A stretch of 60,349 bases of DNA, the filler included. It is 5 parts of 5 records of this genome, joined end to end, with 100 filler letters (N's around TTAATTAATTAA, not from the genome) between each part and the next. Parts side by side here need not be neighbours in the genome. Positions count along the whole stretch, not along the records: positions 1 to 15,532 come from SRR2962707_3497; 4 more parts are not named here. One strand, written 5' to 3'. A program made the translations under genes and the position numbers. This document shows, piece by piece, positions 1 to 10,150 of the stretch. A model generated the notes under the pieces. The model was not told the origin of the DNA, made no database searches, and saw nothing but the letters and a program-made list of their open reading frames with translations. Every line of letters begins with the position of its first letter. The first letter of the stretch is position 1.

Positions 1-30
1 CTCGTAGGCTTGCCTCGAAGTAGTTGATTA
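1..30. repeat. Partial copy of a dispersed palindromic (REP/MITE-like) repeat
   Basis: CTCGTAGGCTTGCCTCGAAGTAGTTGATTA nearly matches 15649-15678 and, in reverse orientation, 1467-1498. Confidence 0.7.
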
Positions 31-164
31 TCGATTATCTAGTAAAATAGAGGCGCTCTTTTGAGAATCCTTTAAATATTTTGTAATTTGCAGCCACTGC
101 ATGGATGATTTCTCTCCGTAAGAAGGAATTGTATAGTTTCACATTTTTAAATTTCGATTTCAGA

Positions 165-1409
165 ATGGCAGTTTTGGAAAAATTAACTTCGCAAGATGCA
201 ATTGCATTAGAGAACAAGTATGGCGCACACAATTATCATCCGCTTCCTGTGGTATTAAGCAGAGGAGAAGGGGTATTTATGTGGGATGCCGAGGACAAAA
301 AATATTACGACTTTCTATCGGCTTACTCTGCCGTAAATCAAGGTCATTGTCATCCACGAATTATAAATGCTATGATGGAGCAAGCAAAAACACTTACGCT
401 TACTTCTCGTGCTTTTTATAATGATGTTTTGGGTGTTTTTGAAAAGTATGCAACGTCATATTTTGGTTTTGATAAGCTTTTACCTATGAATACAGGTGCG
501 GAAGCTGTAGAGACTGCTATAAAAATATGTAGAAAATGGGCATATGAGAAAAAAGGAATAGCGGAAGAGAAGGCTCAGATTATTGTTTGTGAAAATAATT
601 TTCATGGGAGAACAACCACAATTATATCTTTTTCAAATGATGAAGATGCACGTAAGAATTTTGGGCCTTATACTCCAGGATTTATTAAAATTCCTTATGA
701 TAATACAGAGGCGTTAGAAAAAGCTTTAAAAGAAAATACTAACATCGCAGGTTTTTTAGTAGAACCAATTCAAGGAGAAGCTGGAGTTTACGTTCCTTCT
801 GAAGGGTATCTAACAAAAGCAAAAGCACTTTGTAAAGAGCATGGGGTTTTATTTATTGCTGATGAAATTCAGACTGGAATTGCAAGAACTGGGAAATTGT
901 TGGCGGTAGATCATGAAAATGTAAAACCAGACATGCTTATTCTAGGAAAAGCAATTAGTGGTGGCGTATATCCTGTGAGTGCTGTATTGGCAAACGATGA
1001 CGTAATGGGTGTTATAAAACCGGGTCAGCACGGAAGTACATTTGGAGGAAATCCTGTGGCTGCAGTTGTAGCTATGGAAGCTCTGGAAGTAGTGAAAGAT
1101 GAAGGACTAGCTAAAAATGCTGAGACATTAGGAACGTTATTCAGAAGTGAACTTCAAAAATATATTGATAATAGCACTATTGTTAAGTTAGTTAGAGGAA
1201 AAGGATTATTAAACGCTATTGTAATTAACGATAGTGAAGATAGTTCTACCGCATGGGATATTTGTATGTCCTTAAAAGAAAATGGCCTTTTAGCAAAACC
1301 AACGCATGGTAATATTATTCGTTTTGCACCACCTTTGGTAATGACAGAAGAGCAATTACACGATTGTATTTCTATTATTACAAAAACTTTGAAAGAGTTC
1401 GAAAAATAA
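165..1409 (+). CDS. rocD: Ornithine--oxo-acid aminotransferase (class III PLP)
   Basis: [43 protein letters not shown] and HGSTFGGNP motifs; start taken at MAVLEK (165) rather than 105. Confidence 0.95.
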   Translation: MAVLEKLTSQDAIALENKYGAHNYHPLPVVLSRGEGVFMWDAEDKKYYDFLSAYSAVNQGHCHPRIINAMMEQAKTLTLTSRAFYNDVLGVFEKYATSYFGFDKLLPMNTGAEAVETAIKICRKWAYEKKGIAEEKAQIIVCENNFHGRTTTIISFSNDEDARKNFGPYTPGFIKIPYDNTEALEKALKENTNIAGFLVEPIQGEAGVYVPSEGYLTKAKALCKEHGVLFIADEIQTGIARTGKLLAVDHENVKPDMLILGKAISGGVYPVSAVLANDDVMGVIKPGQHGSTFGGNPVAAVVAMEALEVVKDEGLAKNAETLGTLFRSELQKYIDNSTIVKLVRGKGLLNAIVINDSEDSSTAWDICMSLKENGLLAKPTHGNIIRFAPPLVMTEEQLHDCISIITKTLKEFEK

Positions 1410-1430
1410 AGTTGTGTGTAAACAAGGTAT

Positions 1431-1461
1431 AAAAAAATCCCCGCGATAGCGGGGATTTTTT
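1431..1461. terminator. Intrinsic terminator (bidirectional type) after rocD
   Basis: AAAAAAATCCCCGC-GATA-GCGGGGATTTTTT, GC stem with A/T tails between convergent genes. Confidence 0.9.
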
Positions 1462-1466
1462 AGTTC

Positions 1467-1580
1467 TAATTAATTACCTCGGGGGCAAGTCCACGAAGCA
1501 TCTTTAACTTATTTCAACGCAGAGCCTTTGATATACTCAGAACAGGCTCTGGGGAATTAGATACTCTATAAGGAATTAAA
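1467..1580. repeat. Longer, diverged copy of the dispersed palindromic repeat
   Basis: Starts TAATTAATTACCTCGGGGGCAAGTCCACGAAG, a reverse-complement match to 1-30 and 15649-15678; internal AGAGCCT/AGGCTCT stem at 1521-1550; right end approximate. Confidence 0.6.
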
Positions 1581-1588
1581 TAAGGATT

Positions 1589-1912
1589 TTATTGCTCAAT
1601 TCCCCATTGTTCCAATATTTCTTGTTGTTGTAACTGTATTTCATCCCAACCTATAGTAGCTATTCGATAGATAGTAACAGCTAAATATAGAAGGTTTATT
1701 ATAAGAACAACAAGAGCCACAGTTTTTGCTGTTTGCATAGCTTTTACATTGTCGTAATTTTCAGGATTTAATTGTGCTTGCTTAATTTTACTGTTTGCCA
1801 TAAAAAAAGCAATACCTGCAGGGATAAACCCTAATCCTGCAAAGCAGCAGCATAAAAAACCTAAAATTGATAAAACATAATGTAAGGTTGGATTTAGTCT
1901 TTGTTTTTCCAT
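1589..1912 (-). CDS. CCC-motif small membrane protein
   Basis: Two hydrophobic segments with LCCCF motif; paired with a DUF2752 gene as is typical of Bacteroidota. Confidence 0.75.
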   Translation of the reverse strand: MEKQRLNPTLHYVLSILGFLCCCFAGLGFIPAGIAFFMANSKIKQAQLNPENYDNVKAMQTAKTVALVVLIINLLYLAVTIYRIATIGWDEIQLQQQEILEQWGIEQ

Positions 1913-1927
1913 AAAATTTAATTAATG

Positions 1928-2227
1928 TTAATTGATTATTTTTATAATATAGCTAATTATTATAGTAGAAATAGTAATAATTGCAAATCCATATTTTAAC
2001 CTTTCTATAAGCTTGATATTTGTAAAAGTAGAAGCAATTATAAACCCAATAAACATTATTAAAGGATATATAGCGGGGTACATTTTAAAAGCTGCTACAA
2101 ACTCTCCTTGAAACAATAATGCCACAGAGCGTTGTAAACCGCATCCTAAACATTCCATCCCAAAAAGTTTTTTATTCAGGCATGGCAGCATAAAGTCTTC
2201 TGCTTTGGTAAATAATAAAAAGGTCAT
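1928..2227 (-). CDS. DUF2752 family membrane protein
   Basis: PCLNKKLFGMECLGCGLQRS matches the DUF2752 C..CxGCG..R pattern, followed by two TM helices. Confidence 0.85.
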   Translation of the reverse strand: MTFLLFTKAEDFMLPCLNKKLFGMECLGCGLQRSVALLFQGEFVAAFKMYPAIYPLIMFIGFIIASTFTNIKLIERLKYGFAIITISTIIISYIIKIIN

Positions 2228-2330
2228 TGTGTGTTATACTAAAAACTATTGTAAACTTATTAAAAACTTATTAAACCTAACTTGTTTCAATATATTATTT
2301 TTGTAGCTTAATGTATTAAATGATTATGAA

Positions 2331-2546
2331 ATGAAGTTAGTTTCTCTATTATGTATTGTGGCTGGCGCCATATTAGTTTTTATGTTTAACGATCAATCGG
2401 AATATGATAAATACCTGAAAATACTAGGCTTTATTCTATTAATGTTTGGATTGTATCAATCAACTAAACTATGGGTGAAAGACAATCCTAAAGAAGATAA
2501 AAAGGAAGATGAAAAAAGCTTAGAAGATCATTTAAAAGATAATTAA
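2331..2546 (+). CDS. Small two-TM hypothetical protein
   Basis: 71-aa ORF with two hydrophobic helices and a charged tail, 1 nt upstream of the next gene. Confidence 0.6.
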   Translation: MKLVSLLCIVAGAILVFMFNDQSEYDKYLKILGFILLMFGLYQSTKLWVKDNPKEDKKEDEKSLEDHLKDN

Positions 2547-2547
2547 A

Positions 2548-3090
2548 ATGAAATTTCAAGTAGGAGATACTGTTGAGGTTTTAGATGATGCTATTAAGGG
2601 AAAGGTAACTAAACTAGTAGGAACCTCTGTGTTTATTGATACAGAAGATGGTTTCCCGATGGAATTTCAAGAAAATGAGTTGGTAAAAATTAGTGCTTCC
2701 AACGAATTGAAGGTTAGTAATATTGACGTCTACCGAGCAGTTAAAGAAAAGAAAAAAGGAGAGAAAAAGTTTAAGAAATCGGTTAAAGTGGAAAGGGTAA
2801 TGCCTCCTATGGAAGTTGATTTGCATATTCATAAACTTACCGAGTCCACAAGGGGAATGACTAATTTTGACATGCTAAACCTTCAAGTGGATACTGCAAA
2901 GCACAAGTTGGAATTTGCTATTCAGAATAGAATTCAGAAAATAGTTTTTATTCACGGTATAGGAGAAGGTGTACTTCGTACAGAGTTAGAATATTTATTT
3001 GGACGTTATAGCAATATAACCTATTACGATGCCGATTATAGAACCTATGGTTTAGGAGCCACCGAAGTTTATATTTATCAAAATAAATAA
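2548..3090 (+). CDS. Smr/MutS-domain protein
   Basis: EVDLHI, IVFIHGIGEGVL and GATEV Smr motifs. Confidence 0.88.
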   Translation: MKFQVGDTVEVLDDAIKGKVTKLVGTSVFIDTEDGFPMEFQENELVKISASNELKVSNIDVYRAVKEKKKGEKKFKKSVKVERVMPPMEVDLHIHKLTESTRGMTNFDMLNLQVDTAKHKLEFAIQNRIQKIVFIHGIGEGVLRTELEYLFGRYSNITYYDADYRTYGLGATEVYIYQNK

Positions 3091-3222
3091 ATTTATTAAG
3101 CCTAATATTGGTTAAAAAAATATAATTATTTTGTAAGCTAGCTTATAAATTCTAACCACAAATTCGTGGCAAACAGATTTTTCAGATTGTTACAAACCAT
3201 AATACTTTATGTGTAGAGTGGT

Positions 3223-4131
3223 TTATTTTTCGGTTTGGGTAACTTTAGTTTCAATGATACCGTATAAATATTCTTCTACATCAAATTTAATTTCTTCATC
3301 TCCATTTTGTAATTTGAAACCATCAATAATCATAATTTCACTACTGTAAATAGATTGGTATTCATTTTTCTTTAATCCAAATACATCTGTAGTAGCAGTA
3401 GCTGCAGTTGTGGTAAGATAATTAGGAACTTTCTGACCTTCAATTTCAGTAGTATCGTTTGCTGGATTTCCGTCTCCATTTAAATCTTCATCAATTGTAA
3501 GAATTCCATCATCATCATCATCGTTATCTAAATAATTAGGAATACCATCTCCATCAGTATCTGTAAATATTACTTGATTTAAGTCGTCAAAATCTATTTC
3601 GTCTTTTGTAAACACGTTATCATTATCATCATCTCGGTCTATATAATCTGGGATACCATCGCCATCACTATCTCTAGAAGCTTCTTTATTTACAGTGCCA
3701 TCTTCATTATAAACTACTCCTTCTTGAGCGGTTGGTACACCATCTTGATCATCATCTTCAAGGGTAGTAACAATTCTTATAGTTCCGCTAGGCGCATACC
3801 ATTCTTCTGTAACAAGAGGTGTTGTTGGCGGTACAGTTTGGCAGAAGTATGAACTTTTAACTTCAGCATCAAAAATTCGGTATAAAACTTGGTTTGACGT
3901 ATTGTTAATTGGGAATTCTAGAGTGTCTACTTCTTTGAAATTAACAGTACTGGAAGTTATTTTTACGATAAGGGCTTCAGTTCCGTTTTCAGAGATTTTA
4001 AATAATGTAGTATTGCTACAAGGATTATTAATTTCTGTGTCGTCAAATTCGAGACGTTCGATTATAAAATCCCCATCATCACAACTACTTAGCATTATTG
4101 ATATAAAAACAAAAAAGAAGACTCTTTTCAT
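3223..4131 (-). CDS. Lipoprotein with thrombospondin type-3-like Ca-binding (DxDGDG) repeats
   Basis: MKRVFFFVFISIMLSSC lipobox; DSDGDGIPDYIDRDDDND, DTDGDGIPNYLDNDDDDD and DLNGDG repeats. Confidence 0.75.
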   Translation of the reverse strand: MKRVFFFVFISIMLSSCDDGDFIIERLEFDDTEINNPCSNTTLFKISENGTEALIVKITSSTVNFKEVDTLEFPINNTSNQVLYRIFDAEVKSSYFCQTVPPTTPLVTEEWYAPSGTIRIVTTLEDDDQDGVPTAQEGVVYNEDGTVNKEASRDSDGDGIPDYIDRDDDNDNVFTKDEIDFDDLNQVIFTDTDGDGIPNYLDNDDDDDGILTIDEDLNGDGNPANDTTEIEGQKVPNYLTTTAATATTDVFGLKKNEYQSIYSSEIMIIDGFKLQNGDEEIKFDVEEYLYGIIETKVTQTEK

Positions 4132-4211
4132 ACTTAAAATTTTAAAACTTAAACAAATGTAAAACATACAAAGTTATAACGAAATTTATTGCGAATAATT
4201 TTAATTAAAAG

Positions 4212-4219
4212 TACTTTTG
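4212..4219 (+). promoter_or_regulatory. Bacteroidota -7 promoter element, probably leaderless
   Basis: TACTTTTG matches TAnnTTTG and lies 4 nt before the ATG at 4224. Confidence 0.65.
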
Positions 4220-4223
4220 CGGC

Positions 4224-5372
4224 ATGCAAAAAGTGTATTTAGACAGTGCTGCTACAACGCAGGTGAGAGCGGAAGTGATTGAGAAAATGCAGGAAGCATT
4301 GGCAACATTCTACGGAAATCCGTCTTCTACTCATAGTTTTGGTAGATCCGCTAAAACTCAAATAGAAAAAGCACGTAAAACAATAGCAAAACGACTTAAT
4401 GCGAGTCCGTCTGAAATTATATTCACTTCTGGAGGTACGGAAGCTGATAATATGATTTTACGTTGTGCTGTTCGAGATTTAGAAATAAAACATATTATAA
4501 CCTCTAAAATTGAGCATCATGCGGTTTTACATACCGTAGAACAACTTGAAGTGGAATATGGAGTAAAAATTTCGTATGTAAAATTGAACGAATGTGGAAC
4601 GCCAAGTTTAGAGGATTTAGAGACTTTACTTAAAGAAAATTCTGAAAAGACATTAGTGAGTTTAATGCATGTAAATAACGAAATTGGAAACATGATCGAT
4701 ATTGATGCATTTGCAGATAAGTGTAAAGAGTATAATGCTTTATTTCATTCAGACAGCGTCCAATCTATTGGGCATTGGGAGTGGGATGTGCAAAAAACTA
4801 AAGTCGACTTTTTAACGGCAGCGGCTCATAAATTTCATGGACCCAAAGGAATAGGTTTTGCATTTATCAGAAAAAATATACCCTTAAAGCAATTAATTCA
4901 CGGAGGATCTCAGGAACGAGGATTTAGAGCAGGAACAGAACCTTTTCATAATATTGTTGGTTTAGAGGAAGCTTTTATACAGGCCTATGATCATTTAGAT
5001 GAAGAACGTACTTATGTTACCGAGCTAAAAGAGTATTTTATGAAAGAACTCTCTAATGCAATGCCTGGTGTTAAGTATAATGGAAATTGTGCAGATAATG
5101 AAAAAAGTACTTATACTTTAGTAAATGCATGTTTGCCATTAAGTGCCGATAAAGGAGCTTTACTTTTATTTCAACTAGATATTAAAGGTATTGCATGCTC
5201 TAAAGGAAGTGCTTGTCAAAGTGGAAGCGCTGCAGGTTCTCATGTGCTTACTGAAATTTTAAATGAAGAAGATTCTCAAAGACCTTCTGTAAGATTTTCA
5301 TTTTCTAAATACAATACAAAGGAAGAATTAGATTACGTTGTTGCTTGTTTAAAGGAATTTGCCAATAGCTAA
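4224..5372 (+). CDS. Cysteine desulfurase (IscS/NifS family)
   Basis: YLDSAATT, GNPSS, FTSGGTEAD, HKFHGPKGIG, RAGTE and catalytic SKGSAC. Confidence 0.93.
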   Translation: MQKVYLDSAATTQVRAEVIEKMQEALATFYGNPSSTHSFGRSAKTQIEKARKTIAKRLNASPSEIIFTSGGTEADNMILRCAVRDLEIKHIITSKIEHHAVLHTVEQLEVEYGVKISYVKLNECGTPSLEDLETLLKENSEKTLVSLMHVNNEIGNMIDIDAFADKCKEYNALFHSDSVQSIGHWEWDVQKTKVDFLTAAAHKFHGPKGIGFAFIRKNIPLKQLIHGGSQERGFRAGTEPFHNIVGLEEAFIQAYDHLDEERTYVTELKEYFMKELSNAMPGVKYNGNCADNEKSTYTLVNACLPLSADKGALLLFQLDIKGIACSKGSACQSGSAAGSHVLTEILNEEDSQRPSVRFSFSKYNTKEELDYVVACLKEFANS

Positions 5373-5393
5373 TACAAGTAAAAAGAAGAATAT

Positions 5394-5428
5394 AAAAAAA
5401 ACGTTCCTCATTGAGGAACGTTTTTTTT
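5394..5428. terminator. Bidirectional intrinsic terminator
   Basis: AAAAAAAACGTTCCTCA-T-TGAGGAACGTTTTTTTT between convergent genes. Confidence 0.9.
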
Positions 5429-5445
5429 AGTAATCTATTGTAATA

Positions 5446-6504
5446 TTAACTTTTCTGTTCTTTATTGAAGTAAACAAGGTAGTAATACATTTGTTTTTCT
5501 TCGTCCCATCCTTTTTCTACAAATTTCTCAGCAGACTCTGGATTGATAAAGTCCATTTTTATTTGAATGTTAGTATCTAAATTAATTACATTCTTAATTT
5601 TTTTACGAGCATCAGAAACGGCTTTGTTTGCAATAGGAAATGAAGATACATCTTCAATACTATATTTTGGGCCTTTTTCTGTTTTGTAATTTTTAAATTC
5701 AGGAATCAAATCTGGATTATCCATTACTTCGTTTAAGAAACTAGTTTCTTCAAAATCATCGTTTTTTGCAAAATGATTCACAGCACGATTCATAAACATT
5801 ACTTCTTCTTTTTTGTCTTCTGCTGGTAAAACAACATCTTTGGCAAAGTCTTGACAAAACTTAAGGTATTTTTTGGTAAAAAAAGTTTCATCTGTAAGCG
5901 CATCAACATTTAAAAAGTTTTCTAGCCAATATTTAGTATCGTAACGGTTACTGTCTACAGATAAAATTTTAAAGCCTTCTTCTTTATTTTTATTGATAAT
6001 AAGACACCCTTTGTCAAGTTTGTTAATATTAATACCATGGCGGATTAATATTTCAAGGTTAGTTCCTTTTTCTTCAAACTCTAGAAAATCATGTTTTAAC
6101 TCTGATTTAAAAACACCAATAGCATCAATCTTTTCATTATCAATTACAACATCCGAGAGGTACGTTACATATACTTCTCCGCTTTTTATATGCGGATGGT
6201 TGGATTGATCGTATAAATGTGTTGCTATACTTTTTGATACTTTATGAATACTGGCTGGATCTTCAAAAACCTCGGTAGCCATAGTGTATAATTCATTGTA
6301 TTCTAAATCAACCTCATGGTCAAAACGGTAATAATTTTCTTCTTTTTCACGAAAAGGCTTAAAAAAATATTCTTTTAATAAACCAGTAATTTCGTCGTTT
6401 AAGCGGTAAGGTTCTTCTGAAAAGAAAGTACCTTCATTTTTACTTTTATTTCCAATTCTATGAATGGAAAGACTTTCAATTTGTGTAAGATATAAATTGA
6501 TCAT
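5446..6504 (-). CDS. Nucleoid-associated protein (NA37/YejK-like, Bacteroidota type)
   Basis: SIHRIGNK, HPHIKSGEVY, AIGVFKSE and KLDKGCLI motifs, about 350 aa. Confidence 0.8.
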   Translation of the reverse strand: MINLYLTQIESLSIHRIGNKSKNEGTFFSEEPYRLNDEITGLLKEYFFKPFREKEENYYRFDHEVDLEYNELYTMATEVFEDPASIHKVSKSIATHLYDQSNHPHIKSGEVYVTYLSDVVIDNEKIDAIGVFKSELKHDFLEFEEKGTNLEILIRHGININKLDKGCLIINKNKEEGFKILSVDSNRYDTKYWLENFLNVDALTDETFFTKKYLKFCQDFAKDVVLPAEDKKEEVMFMNRAVNHFAKNDDFEETSFLNEVMDNPDLIPEFKNYKTEKGPKYSIEDVSSFPIANKAVSDARKKIKNVINLDTNIQIKMDFINPESAEKFVEKGWDEEKQMYYYLVYFNKEQKS

Positions 6505-6607
6505 TTAATAAGTTAAAAGTTAAATTGTTAGATTAAAAGTCTGAGAAAAAAGAAAATTTTTAATGTATTCTTTTTGTGTTTTTTATTTTAAATCCCTTCT
6601 AAAAGGA

Positions 6608-7120
6608 CTAATTCCAATGTTCGTCAAAATTGAAATCATCTAAATTATCCAAGTCGTAATCGTCGTCCATATTGTCCTCATCTTCTGATAGGTCTTCTGC
6701 TTCGAACTTTTTTACTGGAGGCGCATCTGGTAATTGCCCATGTACATATAGGAGATTAGGATAAATTGCTCCATCTTCTTTTTCGGCTATCTCGGCTAAT
6801 TCAACAAAAAATGTCCACATACTAAAAAAGTCGTATACATATATTAGATTTCTGTTGTTTTCATTTAAAATATCCTCAATAATAGTTTCAGACATCAGTC
6901 TTACCTCACTTCCAGAGTCGCTCATATCAAAAAGGGCGATTTCTTCTCCTTGATTCCATTCTTCATCACTTACATAAAATGACGCCATTTCAGTTCCATC
7001 AAAACCAAAAGCTTGAGAAACTGCATTATGAAAATCTTCAAGTGTGCTATTTCCTTCAACTTCAATATCTCGAAAAACATCTTCCTCTAAGTCGAGTATA
7101 ATTCTAAATTTATAAATCAT
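6608..7120 (-). CDS. pRiA4b ORF-3 / IS1096-passenger TnpR-like family protein
   Basis: VFRDIEV, TLEDFHNAVSQAFGF and YVYDFFSMW motifs with acidic tail. Confidence 0.8.
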   Translation of the reverse strand: MIYKFRIILDLEEDVFRDIEVEGNSTLEDFHNAVSQAFGFDGTEMASFYVSDEEWNQGEEIALFDMSDSGSEVRLMSETIIEDILNENNRNLIYVYDFFSMWTFFVELAEIAEKEDGAIYPNLLYVHGQLPDAPPVKKFEAEDLSEDEDNMDDDYDLDNLDDFNFDEHWN

Positions 7121-7236
7121 TAATTCTAGTTTTTTCAGCGTGGTGCAAGTTACAAAGTTTTGTGTTGAATTCCACTAAGTCTTCATGATTTCCGTAGACA
7201 ATTATTGTTGAAAATACATTGTTTTATACCGTTCAA

Positions 7237-8283
7237 TTAGCTTATGTTCTTGCTTTGAGGGACTTGGTTTTTATTTGTTTTTGCCTCAAGAAGTAAATAA
7301 AATTGAATCCCAAATAAAATAGAAGCAATGACTAAATGTAATGCCTGGCTACCAAAAGGAAAATGGAAGTAGAACATCCCAATTCCTGTTAATATTTCTA
7401 TAATAATAAATGCTAAAACCCAATTTACTTTTGAAAATCCAAGGTTTAATTTTTTATTTCTGAGGAATAAAAATACGTTTACTAAAAAGACTAATACGGA
7501 TAAAGACCGGTGGATGTAAAAATCGATTTCAGGATTTGCTAACCATTGATTCTTTGCCATTGTTCCATAAACATCAGTTTGTTCATCTATAAATTGTCGA
7601 ACCTGTGTTCCTAAAACTATTTGTATAAGTGTAAGGATTAAAGCTGCTACTAGGATACTTGAAAACAGACTATTTGATTTAAGAGTTTTATTTTTTTCTT
7701 TAGTCTGATAGATAATAATAAGAATAAAAGCAACAATTACAAGAGCCATAACCATATGTAATGTAATCCTAATTGGCGCTAAAACTGAATATACAACTGT
7801 AGCACCAAGCCAAGCTTGGAAGCCCATTCCAAAAACTGTAAGCCATGCTAGAATAGGAATCCATTTATTTTTTTTCCGATATGAAAACGATGCAAATGCT
7901 AAAATAAGTGTAGCAAAACCAGCTAAGGCACCAAACAAACGGTTTATATATTCCACCCAAGTATGCGACGGATTGAAAACAGCGTAATCATGTTTTGTAT
8001 AGGTCTCCCAATGAGATTCTGTATAGGTGTTTCCAGTAGTGAAGTCTTCTTTAGCTACTTTTAACGTTTTATCTACAATAATAACTTGTCCTTTTTTGAA
8101 TTCTCTTTTAGGCTGCCATTCAAGTTGAGAAATTTCAGTAGGAGGAATGTAATACCCAAAACACTTTGGCCAATCTGGACACCCCATACCACTACCTGTC
8201 ATACGCACCACAGCTCCAGCTATAATTACTAGATACACTAATACAAGTGTGATTTTTGCTATTTTTCTAAAATTGTTTTTCAC
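7237..8283 (-). CDS. ctaA: Heme A synthase (COX15/CtaA family)
   Basis: GAVVRMTGSGMGCPDWPKC, EYINRL and conserved His in TM helices; GTG start. Confidence 0.9.
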   Translation of the reverse strand: MKNNFRKIAKITLVLVYLVIIAGAVVRMTGSGMGCPDWPKCFGYYIPPTEISQLEWQPKREFKKGQVIIVDKTLKVAKEDFTTGNTYTESHWETYTKHDYAVFNPSHTWVEYINRLFGALAGFATLILAFASFSYRKKNKWIPILAWLTVFGMGFQAWLGATVVYSVLAPIRITLHMVMALVIVAFILIIIYQTKEKNKTLKSNSLFSSILVAALILTLIQIVLGTQVRQFIDEQTDVYGTMAKNQWLANPEIDFYIHRSLSVLVFLVNVFLFLRNKKLNLGFSKVNWVLAFIIIEILTGIGMFYFHFPFGSQALHLVIASILFGIQFYLLLEAKTNKNQVPQSKNIS

Positions 8284-8288
8284 TTTTT

Positions 8289-8334
8289 AAGGTTCAAAGG
8301 TTCAAAGGCTCAAAAGATTAAAAATATTCAAAGG
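8289..8334. repeat. Short tandem octamer repeat (AAGGTTCA)n
   Basis: AAGGTTCA AAGGTTCA AAGGCTCA at 8289-8312 plus a degenerate unit at 8327-8334. Confidence 0.6.
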
Positions 8335-8385
8335 TTTTTTGTTTTTATTTCTACACAAACTAAATACATTTATTTTGCCACTTTG

Positions 8386-9816
8386 CTATTTCTCAACAGG
8401 TGTTAATCCAAGTTTTTTTCCTCTTTTTAACATGAATTCGAAAGCAGCATCATGTTCATTCGGAATTTCACCTTCTAAAATAGCTTCTTTAATAGCCTCT
8501 TTTATAATTCCAATTTCTTTTGAAGGTTTAATATTAAAAGTTTCCATTATTTCTGCACCATCAACTGGAGGTTGGAAATTTCGTACATGATCTCTTTCTT
8601 CAACTTCAGCTATTTTCTGACGAACAATTTTAAAGTTGTTGTTGTATTTTTTAAAACGTTTAGGATTTTTAGTAGTAATATCAGCCTCACAAAGAGTCAT
8701 TAAATCTTCTACGTGGTTTCCAGCATCAAAAATTAATCGTCTTACAGCTGAATCGGTTACTATATCCTGAGCCAATACAATTGGTCGAGAACTCATTAAA
8801 ACGAGCTTTTGTACCAGTTTCATTTTATCATTTAGAGGCATATGCAGGCGTTTAAATAGTTTATAAACCATTTTAGAGCCTACAAATTCGTGTCCGTGAA
8901 AGGTCCAGCCAATTTTTTCATCAAAACGCTTAGTAGGTGCTTTTCCGATATCGTGTAATAAAGCAGCCCATCGCAACCAAAGGTCATCTGTGTTTTTAGC
9001 AATATTATCTACTACCTCAAGCGTATGCCAGAAATTATCTTTATGCTTTTGTCCTTCCTTCTCTTCAATGCCTTGAAGGTTTGTTAATTCGGGCATAATA
9101 ATAGGTAGTAATCCTGTTTTGAATAATAGAGAAAAGCCAATAGAAGGTTTTTTACTAAGTAATATTTTATTTAGTTCATCTACAATACGCTCGTTTGAGA
9201 TGATTTTTATTCGTTCTCTATTTTTTTTAATTGCTTGAAGCGATTTATTCTCAATAATGAAATCAAGCTGTGAGGCAAATCTTATAGCGCGCATCATTCT
9301 TAACGGATCATCAGAATACGTAATATCTGGATCCAATGGGGTTCTAATAATTTTATTTTCAAGATCAGAAATCCCATTAAAGGGATCTAGAAGTTCTCCA
9401 TAGCTCTCTTTGTTTAAAGAAATAGCCAGCGCATTAATTGTGAAATCTCTTCTATTTTGGTCGTCTTCTAAAGTACCGTTTTCAACAACTGGTTTCCTAC
9501 TATCAAAGTGGTAGCTTTCTTTCCGAGCTCCTACAAATTCTACTTCTAAATCTTCAAAACGAATCATGGCCGTTCCGAAGTTTTTAAAAACAGAAATCTT
9601 AGTCTTCTTTTCTATATTTGAAGCCACTTCTTTTGCTAAATCAATTCCGCTACCAAGCGCTACAACATCAATATCTTTTGGAATTCCTCTTTCTAGTAGA
9701 AAATCGCGTACAAAACCACCAATAACATAGCTTTTTAGGTTTAAAGAAGCAGATGCTTTTTCGATAATTTCAAAAATTGGATTTTGAATCGCGGTAATGA
9801 TCTTTTTATTTGACAT
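8386..9816 (-). CDS. cca: CCA tRNA nucleotidyltransferase with HD domain
   Basis: GGFVRD, DIDV, RRDFTINA, DDPLRMMRAIRF and LLHDIGK motifs. Confidence 0.92.
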   Translation of the reverse strand: MSNKKIITAIQNPIFEIIEKASASLNLKSYVIGGFVRDFLLERGIPKDIDVVALGSGIDLAKEVASNIEKKTKISVFKNFGTAMIRFEDLEVEFVGARKESYHFDSRKPVVENGTLEDDQNRRDFTINALAISLNKESYGELLDPFNGISDLENKIIRTPLDPDITYSDDPLRMMRAIRFASQLDFIIENKSLQAIKKNRERIKIISNERIVDELNKILLSKKPSIGFSLLFKTGLLPIIMPELTNLQGIEEKEGQKHKDNFWHTLEVVDNIAKNTDDLWLRWAALLHDIGKAPTKRFDEKIGWTFHGHEFVGSKMVYKLFKRLHMPLNDKMKLVQKLVLMSSRPIVLAQDIVTDSAVRRLIFDAGNHVEDLMTLCEADITTKNPKRFKKYNNNFKIVRQKIAEVEERDHVRNFQPPVDGAEIMETFNIKPSKEIGIIKEAIKEAILEGEIPNEHDAAFEFMLKRGKKLGLTPVEK

Positions 9817-9856
9817 TCATTTCTTTTTTTGCCACAAATTCACTAATATTTTATAA

Positions 9857-10150
9857 TTAGTAAATAATTCTCCTGTGGTCTAATAAATCTTTATGGAAAT
9901 TAGCCAATAATGCTAATTTTAATTTTGAAACTTTTAAGTAATTTATACATTGAGCAAAATGTTTATCATGCAAATTATCACATGATTTAACTTCTAAGAT
10001 AATTTTATCAAAAACAACAAAATCTGCATAGAATTTATGAGGTAAAGTAATATTTTTATATGAAACTTTAAACTCTTTTTCTCTTTCGAAAGGAATATTT
10101 AAAGACTTAAACTCATACTCTAATGCATCTTTATAAATTAATGTGCTCAT
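9857..10150 (-). pseudogene. GxxExxY family protein with internal in-frame deletion
   Basis: YKDALEYEF, EREK, FYADFVV, IILEVKS and AQCINYLK are GxxExxY-family motifs, but the GxxE segment is absent (97 aa versus roughly 125). Confidence 0.7.

Noticed and set aside
6608-7120. Mobile element suggested by the IS1096-passenger/pRiA4b family name
   Set aside because: No transposase or inverted repeats; it sits in a housekeeping run with the nucleoid-associated protein
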